Shown piece by piece: positions 18,967-25,648 of a stretch of DNA of 49,024 nucleotides. Numbering within the stretch: position 1 is the first letter of the stretch; every line of letters starts with the position of its first letter. A program made the position numbers and the translations under genes. The DNA comes from an uncultured Thermodesulfobacteriota bacterium (GTDB taxonomy: Bacteria; Desulfobacterota; WTBG01): contig CAYWLT010000001.1 of NCBI GenBank assembly GCA_964459295.1, positions 1-49,024 of the forward strand. The letters run 5' to 3'. The notes under the pieces were generated by a model. The model saw only the letters and a list, made by a program, of their open reading frames with translations. It had not been told where the DNA came from and did no database searches.

Positions 18967-19014
18967 CCGGCGGGCGGTTGAAAAAGCGCCGGTCTGCGGT
19001 TTAAGCCATAGGGC
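18967..19014 (+). repeat. Dispersed intergenic repeat, copy 1 (diverged)
   Basis: CCGGCGGGCGGTTGAAAAAGCGCCGGTCTGCGGTTTAAGCCATAGGGC. It shares GCGGTTGAAAAA, TCTG and a GGG tail with the family consensus. Confidence 0.6.
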
Positions 19015-19061
19015 ACCGGGTCGTTCCGTAAGCTGCCAAATACATTGTTGTGGCTACAAAG

Positions 19062-19114
19062 CCCCCCCCCTTGAGCCACGAATCAGATGGGTTTTTTTCA
19101 ACCGCCGGCTCCGC
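19062..19114 (-). repeat. Dispersed intergenic repeat, copy 2 (includes a C9 tract at 19062-19070)
   Basis: The plus strand reads CCCCCCCCCTTGAGCCACGAATCAGATGGGTTTTTTTCAACCGCCGGCTCCGCC. It is nearly identical to the copy at 33964-34010. Confidence 0.85.
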
Positions 19115-19120
19115 CACGGA

Positions 19121-20122
19121 ATGAATATGCTGATTGAGTACGAAAAGGCATTAGCGGTATTTAATCGGTTTCAAGAAAACCAGAAAATCCCGTATCTTCA
19201 TCCGTACTATGTGGCGGCTGATGCCCAACGCGATGGAGGATTGACCCCGGGATTTTTTGTATACGAGGAAGAAAAGTCGGTTTTTTATCACCCCTTTCAT
19301 ATTGCGCCGGTAGCGGGAACTGGGTTCTTCGACATACAATCCGCCTACGGTTACGGAGGCCCCCTGGCAAACAGTAAGGAGGCGGGATTTCTGACCAGAG
19401 CATGGTCTGCCCACTGTGCCTGGTGTAAGCAACAAAATGTTCTGGCGGAATTTATTCGTTTTCATCCTCTGCTCCACAACTGGTGTTATTATCACGGCGA
19501 GGTGGTGGAGGAGCGCGAGACCGTGTGGGTAAATCTTTGCACCAACCATGTGTCGTCCGCCTATCGGGAGCTCGCCAGAAGAGGTGTGAGAAAAGCAAAA
19601 AAGAACGGGTTGACCGTTGAGTGGTGGAGCGGTGATCAGTTTATCAAGATATTTCCCCTTTTGTACGATATCTTCATGACCGAATTGAACGCGGATACTT
19701 TTTATCATTTTAGCAATGAATATTTTGCAGGAATCCTATCATGGGAAAAGGCACTTTGTGCAGTATGTAAACGGGGAGATGAGGTGGTGTCCGCGGGAGT
19801 CTTTTTGGCGGATGCCGACGCCATGGAATATCATCTCTCAGCTTCAAGTCCCGCCGCAAGAGAGCTCGGTTCAGTCTATTTGCTGATGGATGAAGCCGCC
19901 CGGCGCGGCCAGCAGCTTGCCTGCCGGACTTTACATCTGGGGGGCGGTACTGATAACCGTTCCGATAACCCACTGCTTTTCTTCAAATCAAGATTTTCCG
20001 ATTTGCGCGCCTCCTTCCGGATCGGGAAAAAGATCTATTTTTCAGAGGACTACGATCAAATGAAACGCAGATGGCAGGAAAAACAAGGTGTTGCCGCACA
20101 TCGGGTGCTCTTTTATCGATAA
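19121..20122 (+). CDS. FemAB-like / GNAT-fold acyl(aminoacyl)transferase candidate
   Basis: 333-aa ORF. FDIQSAYGYGGPL...AEFIRFHPLL...MEYHLSAS resembles the Acetyltransf_6/FemAB-type proteins seen in polysaccharide loci. Assigned by motif recollection only. Confidence 0.55.
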   Translation: MNMLIEYEKALAVFNRFQENQKIPYLHPYYVAADAQRDGGLTPGFFVYEEEKSVFYHPFHIAPVAGTGFFDIQSAYGYGGPLANSKEAGFLTRAWSAHCAWCKQQNVLAEFIRFHPLLHNWCYYHGEVVEERETVWVNLCTNHVSSAYRELARRGVRKAKKNGLTVEWWSGDQFIKIFPLLYDIFMTELNADTFYHFSNEYFAGILSWEKALCAVCKRGDEVVSAGVFLADADAMEYHLSASSPAARELGSVYLLMDEAARRGQQLACRTLHLGGGTDNRSDNPLLFFKSRFSDLRASFRIGKKIYFSEDYDQMKRRWQEKQGVAAHRVLFYR

Positions 20123-20139
20123 GCTGGAGGAGGCAGGGA

Positions 20140-20817
20140 ATGACTTGGGATCCGGTATGGGAAGAAGTTTTTAAAACACAGGCCTGGGGCAAATACCCGA
20201 CGGTTGATCTTATCCGTTTTGTCGCACGCAATTTTTACCGGTCAAAAGATCGTCAAGGCATAAAATTACTGGAAGTCGGCTGCGGGCCGGGCGCAAATTT
20301 ATGGTATATGGCGCGTGAAGGATTTACTGTCTACGGGATGGATGCCTCTAAAACGGCGATTGCCCGGGCGGAGGAACGTCTGCACCGGGAGTGTCCCGGA
20401 TGGTGTGGCAAACTTAGCACCGGAGATATAAGTGTTCTCCCTTTTCATGACGAATTCTTTGACGCGGTTATCGATATTGAGGCGATTTCCTGCAATTCCT
20501 ATGATAACGCAAAAACTATTTACGGTGAACTGGCGCGGGTGGCGAAGAAAGGCGGTAAATTGTTTTCCCAGACATTTGCAACCGGCTGCTGGGGTGACCG
20601 CACCGGTAGAAAAGTCGGTCACCGGGCGTGGATCGTATCGGAAGGTCCCCTGCTGGATAAGGGGTATGTGCGTTTTACCGACCGGAGCGAACTGGAAGAC
20701 CTCACCGGTGGATTTACACTTCATGAAGCGGAGCTTCTGACCCGAACCATGAACGGCATGCGCCATGAAATAAAGGAATGGATTATCATTGGTGAAAAAA
20801 AGCCGGAGCCCGCATGA
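20140..20817 (+). CDS. Class I SAM-dependent methyltransferase
   Basis: LLEVGCGPGANLWYMAREGFTVYGMDAS is motif I (E/DxGxGxG). GGAGGAGG RBS before the ATG at 20140. The ORF-track start at 20071 overlaps the previous gene. Confidence 0.85.
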   Translation: MTWDPVWEEVFKTQAWGKYPTVDLIRFVARNFYRSKDRQGIKLLEVGCGPGANLWYMAREGFTVYGMDASKTAIARAEERLHRECPGWCGKLSTGDISVLPFHDEFFDAVIDIEAISCNSYDNAKTIYGELARVAKKGGKLFSQTFATGCWGDRTGRKVGHRAWIVSEGPLLDKGYVRFTDRSELEDLTGGFTLHEAELLTRTMNGMRHEIKEWIIIGEKKPEPA

Positions 20818-21959
20818 TACCCCTGAGCGCACCCTCCCTCAAAGGAAATGAATGGAAGTATGTAAAAGAATGCCTTGACACCGAGTGGGTTTCATCTGTC
20901 GGGAAATACGTCGATGCCTTCGAAAAAAACATGGCCGACTACCTTGGTGCAAAATATGCGGTAGCATGCATGAACGGCACCTCAGCTCTACATGTGTCAT
21001 TGCTCCTCGCAGAGGTAAAACCTTCGGAAGAGGTCATTGTCCCTACGGTAAGCTTTATCGCGCCGGTTAACGCAGTAAAATATGTAGGTGCTGAACCGCT
21101 TTTTATGGATTGCGATGGATATTGCAATATAGACGTGAACAAAACCAAAGAATTTATCAAGACCGGCTGTCACGTGATTAACGGCAATTTAATTAATAAT
21201 ACCACGGGAAAAAGAATAGCGGCTATAATCCCGGTGCATATCTTTGGAACCCCGGTGGACATGGACCCTTTAAGGGAATTGGCGGATAGCTATAAGATAA
21301 AAATTATTGAAGATGCAACCGAATCACTGGGAGCTGAGTATAAGGGAAAGAAAACCGGGACCCTGGGCCTGCTGGGTTGCTTAAGTTTTAACGGTAATAA
21401 GATTATTACCACCGGCGGGGGAGGAATGATCATTACCAATGATGAGCGCCTGGCAAAAAAGGCAAAATACTTGATTACCCAGGCAAAGGAAGAAGGAACG
21501 GAATATGTCCATGGAGAAATTGGTTTTAACTACCGGATGGTTAACGTGCTCGCCGCAATCGGCATGGGTCAGCTTGAAATGATAGACGATTATATGGCGA
21601 TAAAAAGAAAAAATTTCCTTCGCTACCGGGAACTGCTGTCTGACCAGCGCTACAGCTTGTTGGACGAACCGGTCTATGCTAAGTCGAACCGCTGGCTCTA
21701 CGCGGTCAGGTGCCACGATAAAAGAGAAAAAGAATTTTTACTCCGCTATCTCAATAGCGACGGTATCGAAGCCCGCCCGTTATGGCATCTGAACCACCTG
21801 CAAAAGCCCTACCTCAAGTGCCAGTCATATAAAATTGAGCAGGCGCCGAGAATGCATGACATCATAGCAAACATTCCCTCTTCCGTGAATTTGACAGAGA
21901 CCCAGATCAGAGAAGTGGTGCAAGCGATGAAAAAAGCCGGCACGGCCAGTGGGGTCTAA
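20814..21959 (+). CDS. DegT/DnrJ/EryC1/StrS-family PLP aminotransferase (LegC/PglE-like)
   Basis: IPLSAPSLKGNEWKYVKECLDTEWVSSVGKYVDAFE...MNGTSALH...SFNGNKIITTGGGGMI (PLP lysine context). Confidence 0.9.
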   Translation: MIPLSAPSLKGNEWKYVKECLDTEWVSSVGKYVDAFEKNMADYLGAKYAVACMNGTSALHVSLLLAEVKPSEEVIVPTVSFIAPVNAVKYVGAEPLFMDCDGYCNIDVNKTKEFIKTGCHVINGNLINNTTGKRIAAIIPVHIFGTPVDMDPLRELADSYKIKIIEDATESLGAEYKGKKTGTLGLLGCLSFNGNKIITTGGGGMIITNDERLAKKAKYLITQAKEEGTEYVHGEIGFNYRMVNVLAAIGMGQLEMIDDYMAIKRKNFLRYRELLSDQRYSLLDEPVYAKSNRWLYAVRCHDKREKEFLLRYLNSDGIEARPLWHLNHLQKPYLKCQSYKIEQAPRMHDIIANIPSSVNLTETQIREVVQAMKKAGTASGV

Positions 21960-22034
21960 CCGTAATTGGGTTGCGGTCTGCCTCGTCCGTCCGCCTGCTG
22001 AAGGGCGGCATTCCCGCAGGGTTACAAGGGTTGG

Positions 22035-22529
22035 CTAAAGGGGATGGGTTGCTGCCTCTCGCTTAACCTTGGAAGGTCCGCCGGCAGGCACTGCATCTCG
22101 CGTATCTGAAAAGATAATATGGCGCACGGAATACACGCTTTCCTTTATGACCGTCTGCTTGGCTAATTTCTTCTCAGCATTGATTATAACCGGACCCTGC
22201 AAGTTAATGGTAATTTCACTGTGGTCGCGTTTGATGTTGACAATGACCACGATCAGGCCTCTGCCTGCATCCGTGAGTCCGATCGACCTTACCTCTTCTT
22301 CGGTTATTTTTATTGTGTAATCGGGGACAAACAGAAGAGGATCGGTTATGACAAAGGCGAGCGAGGGATCTTCCGTGGATTGTAGCCACTTAAAGGGGGT
22401 TTCCCTGTCAAAGTGGTCCAAAATAATATACCGTTTCAGGCTTTCAAACCCTAAAATTCCCTCAGGCAAGGTGAGAATAAGGTCTTCATCAATTTTTATC
22501 CGGCCAAAACGGGTTGTTTCTATCTCCAC
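22035..22529 (-). CDS. fliW: Flagellar assembly factor FliW (CsrA antagonist)
   Basis: RFGRIKIDEDLILTLPEGILGFESLKRYIIL...PFKWLQSTEDPSLAFVITDP is the FliW signature. Confidence 0.9.
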   Translation of the reverse strand: MEIETTRFGRIKIDEDLILTLPEGILGFESLKRYIILDHFDRETPFKWLQSTEDPSLAFVITDPLLFVPDYTIKITEEEVRSIGLTDAGRGLIVVIVNIKRDHSEITINLQGPVIINAEKKLAKQTVIKESVYSVRHIIFSDTRDAVPAGGPSKVKREAATHPL

Positions 22530-22578
22530 CGGGTCACCTCTTATATCTCATGTAGAAGTCTGCGCATTGTTTGTCTTT

Positions 22579-22818
22579 TCAGCGCTTCATATTCCTTTTC
22601 CAGAAATCATCAATCTGTTTGAAGTGAACCGGGCTGATGAGTGCGGCCATCTTATTTTCTTCCAGAATCCTCTGGTAAATTTCCTCGCGATGTACGGTTG
22701 TGCCCTGGGGCGCCTCAATGCCCAACCGCACCTGTTTTAGCTTAATCTCAAGCACGGTGACCTTTACGTCGTCCCCGATTGCAATACTCTCTCCCGACTT
22801 CCTTGTCAGTACCAACAT
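22579..22818 (-). CDS. csrA: Carbon storage regulator CsrA (flagellar type)
   Basis: [48 protein letters not shown]. Confidence 0.95.
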   Translation of the reverse strand: MLVLTRKSGESIAIGDDVKVTVLEIKLKQVRLGIEAPQGTTVHREEIYQRILEENKMAALISPVHFKQIDDFWKRNMKR

Positions 22819-22937
22819 TGTCTGCCTTCCCTGTAATCGCCGTCCGGCAAGACACCCCGCCCGCGTTTAACAGGTAAAAACTGAAGGTCTCTGGTTAATG
22901 CATCCTTATAATCCACCTCCCTTTTACTATAAACCAT

Positions 22938-22977
22938 GGCCTTTGGCAAATTGTTTCAACCGCATTCATCCCGGCTA
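22938..22977 (-). repeat. Dispersed intergenic repeat, copy 3 (truncated/degenerate). Its terminal CTA is the flgL TAG stop.
   Basis: The plus strand reads ...GGCCTTTGGCAAATTGTTTCAACCGCattcatcCCGGCTA. The tail matches TTTTTCAACCGCCGGCTA with a 7-nt insertion. Confidence 0.45.
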
Positions 22978-25530
22978 TCTTAAAAAATTAAGCAGGGACA
23001 ATTCAGTGGTCCGGGCGGCGGTAGACATGACCGCTTCCAGCGCTATTCTCTGAATAGCAAATTTGGTCAGGTACTCTACCATGTCCGCGTCTTCCACATC
23101 CGACTTTAAATTACTGATCTCGGTTTCACTGGTGGTGATACGGTTATGCATTGCGTCAAGCTTGTTGGATCTTACCCCGATCTCGGACCCCTTGTCGACC
23201 AGGGTGCTCAGGATGTGATCAAATTGATCGAGCATGGCAAGCAGCGCAAGGCGGTCGTTCTTTTCCAGCGCTTCCTGAAGTACGGCGAGGGTCTTGAAGA
23301 AATCATGTGCCCCTTGGATGCCCAGGCCGGAAGCAGTGGTCCCGTCATCGATTTCCGAAACTACCGCTGCGGACCGGGCAGAGGTGGAATTCACATCCAG
23401 GGCGTTCTTTGCGGAATTGACGGTTGCCTGAATGCCGATGCCAAGACGATTAAGCGCGGTTAAGATATCGCTGATCGATTCAGCCCGGCGCAAGTCGATC
23501 TTTTCATTTTCAAGGCCGTTGGCAATCTTGATGCCGGTTAAGGTCAGACCTTTTCCTCCATTCAATGCCGAGATGCGGGTGGCACCGCTCAACGACGGAT
23601 TCAGGTCGTTACCATAAATAGTACCCGGTTTGTCGCCCACTATTCCCAGATCCCGGGCGGTGGGGCTGTCTGCGACCACCAGATTCTGTACGGGGAACCC
23701 GCTGGTGTCCCTGAGGACAATGCCATTTCCTTGCGTATTAAGTGCCGCGGTCACCTCGATCCCTGCGATGTTGATACTATTAATTACATCGGTTATGGTT
23801 TGGCCGGCAAGCACCGTCACCACTGCGGTGGTACCGCTTCGGTCGGTCATGGTAATACTGCCCGCCCTCACCCCGGCACCCCGGTTAAGGTCGGCCAGAG
23901 GGGTAGGGCTGGTGCCCGCAACCGCAAAACCCCGGTCCAGCCCAATGGTTCTTAGGAAATCATCGGAGGCATTCCCGGTCAGAGAAACGGTCGAGGAGAT
24001 TCCGGTGGTGCCCGAGGTAATGGTAAACTGACCCGCAGCCGTTGTCCCAAAATCTACGGCAATGCCGGCGAAAGAGGCATCATGGTTGATTTGGGCCTGC
24101 ATCTCGGCCGCCAGGCCGGTTGAGGTATAGGCTCCGGCCGAAATAACGATATCGGCCATGGCGGGAGTACCGTCAATGGTCAACCGGAATTTATCATTCA
24201 CCTGGTTGAGCACATTAAATGCGACCTGGTTGTCGCTGATGTCGGAACTGCCGGGCGCACATGCTCCTGAGTCAACCCGGTTAAAACCGAGGGTTTGCCC
24301 GGCAGTGGTTCCTGCCGCTCCCCACCTCAAATTGAGGGTTCCCCCATTGCCGGCATTGTTGACGATGGTAAAGCGGTTGGTTGTTGCATCGTAGGAGACG
24401 CTATAGGTATAGGCATTATTACTTTGGGAATCCAGGGCTCTTGCAATGAAGGAAGCAATCTGCTCACCGGTGTAGACCCGTTCCGGTGCCGCCCCCCCGT
24501 CGGCAATAATATTGGCGGTCCTATCGGCACCCCCGGCTTCCGAAAAAACGATCTCCGCATTAGTGGCGTCGAAGATAAAACCGGAGGTTACATGGGAGTT
24601 TCCGCCGACAAACCCGGCAACCGGGGTTCCTGCAAAAATGGTAGAGTTTGCCCCGTCGATACTGTACTCATTTCCGGCGGCACCCGCTTCCTTGGCTTCA
24701 AAAGTAATGGTCCCGGCAGCCGCATTATAGTCGGCGCGAATGTACTGATTGAGGTCATAATTATGGTTGACCGCCTCTGCAATCCCCGCGCCCAGCTCAT
24801 CCCGGGTGGGGTCGGTATCGGTGGTAAAGGCCGCTTCCAGTACACGACCATTGCTCAGTTTAAAGGTCACCCGATGCTCACTTGCTCCACTCGGGTCGGC
24901 CAGAATGGCATTGGTGTTTTTTGCGGTGAGGCCGGCGGTTGAGGCAGTTCCTGCGGTTGCTGCCGCTTCCGAAAGCGCCGGATTGAGATCGGTAACTAAA
25001 AATTCAGATCCTGCCAGATTAATTTTAGACTTTATCCCCTGCAAAATCTCCACCGTGAAATCGTCCCGGTTGCCATTATACGTTCCATCAGCATTGAAAG
25101 GCATGCAATCGGTCTGGGATCCGGCGAAGATATATCTTCCACCCAGTTTGGTATTTGCATAGTTAATTAACTGTTCGTATAGATTCTGCACCTGAAGGGC
25201 TGCCCCGGTTCTGCTTTCCCTGCTCACCGTACCGGTAGACTGGGCAATGGCTATGTTTTTCGCTTCGCCTAACAGTGTTTGCATATCCTGCAGCACCGAA
25301 TCACTCATGTTCAGCCAGGAGTAGCCGTATTTGATATTTTCCTTATATTGGCTTAACCCCCGGAGATCCTCCTGATAGCGAATTATGCGGGAACTTCCAA
25401 TAGGATCGTCTGAAAGGCGGTTGATCTTTTTCCCGGTTGAAAGCACTTCCTGAATAGCCTGGGTGTGGTTGGTGCCCTTTGCCAGATTTCTTATCAGGCT
25501 ATCAAACATCATCATAGTCGAAATGCGCAT
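22975..25530 (-). CDS. flgL: Hook-filament junction protein FlgL (HAP3), enlarged to 851 aa
   Basis: MRISTMMMFDSLIRNLAKGTNHTQAIQEVLSTGKKINRLSDDPIGS plus a flagellin-like C-terminus LSNLKSDVEDADMVEYLTKFAIQRIALEAVMSTAARTTELSLLNFL. Confidence 0.85.
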   Translation of the reverse strand: MRISTMMMFDSLIRNLAKGTNHTQAIQEVLSTGKKINRLSDDPIGSSRIIRYQEDLRGLSQYKENIKYGYSWLNMSDSVLQDMQTLLGEAKNIAIAQSTGTVSRESRTGAALQVQNLYEQLINYANTKLGGRYIFAGSQTDCMPFNADGTYNGNRDDFTVEILQGIKSKINLAGSEFLVTDLNPALSEAAATAGTASTAGLTAKNTNAILADPSGASEHRVTFKLSNGRVLEAAFTTDTDPTRDELGAGIAEAVNHNYDLNQYIRADYNAAAGTITFEAKEAGAAGNEYSIDGANSTIFAGTPVAGFVGGNSHVTSGFIFDATNAEIVFSEAGGADRTANIIADGGAAPERVYTGEQIASFIARALDSQSNNAYTYSVSYDATTNRFTIVNNAGNGGTLNLRWGAAGTTAGQTLGFNRVDSGACAPGSSDISDNQVAFNVLNQVNDKFRLTIDGTPAMADIVISAGAYTSTGLAAEMQAQINHDASFAGIAVDFGTTAAGQFTITSGTTGISSTVSLTGNASDDFLRTIGLDRGFAVAGTSPTPLADLNRGAGVRAGSITMTDRSGTTAVVTVLAGQTITDVINSINIAGIEVTAALNTQGNGIVLRDTSGFPVQNLVVADSPTARDLGIVGDKPGTIYGNDLNPSLSGATRISALNGGKGLTLTGIKIANGLENEKIDLRRAESISDILTALNRLGIGIQATVNSAKNALDVNSTSARSAAVVSEIDDGTTASGLGIQGAHDFFKTLAVLQEALEKNDRLALLAMLDQFDHILSTLVDKGSEIGVRSNKLDAMHNRITTSETEISNLKSDVEDADMVEYLTKFAIQRIALEAVMSTAARTTELSLLNFLR

Positions 25531-25600
25531 GCGCTCCCTCCCGGATGTCCCCTTTTGATCGAAGGCGGAGGCGTATCACGGCGCCACCGCCCGAGGCATA

Positions 25601-25648
25601 CTCCCCTTGAGCCATAAATCAGATGAGGTGTTTTTCAACCGCCGGCTA
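25601..25648 (-). repeat. Dispersed intergenic repeat, copy 4. Its terminal CTA is the flgK TAG stop.
   Basis: The plus strand reads CTCCCCTTGAGCCATAAATCAGATGAGGTGTTTTTCAACCGCCGGCTA. Confidence 0.85.

Noticed and set aside
19151-19708. 185-aa minus-strand ORF. ORFs 20299-20832 and 21381-21716 (also minus strand) are similar cases.
   Set aside because: They are antisense to the + strand glycosylation genes, which carry clear enzyme motifs. They also break the operon's tight + strand packing.
21985-22015. Short inverted repeats (CCGCC...GGCGG, CCTGC...GCAGG) in the convergent gap between the aminotransferase gene and fliW.
   Set aside because: The stems are only ~5 bp with no T-run. That is too weak to call a terminator by eye.
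24295-24942. 215-aa + strand ORF, and other + strand ORFs at 23146-25162.
   Set aside because: They are antisense to flgL. They are Gly/Pro/Arg-rich shadow ORFs, typical of the antisense strand of an Ala/Thr/Gly-rich gene.
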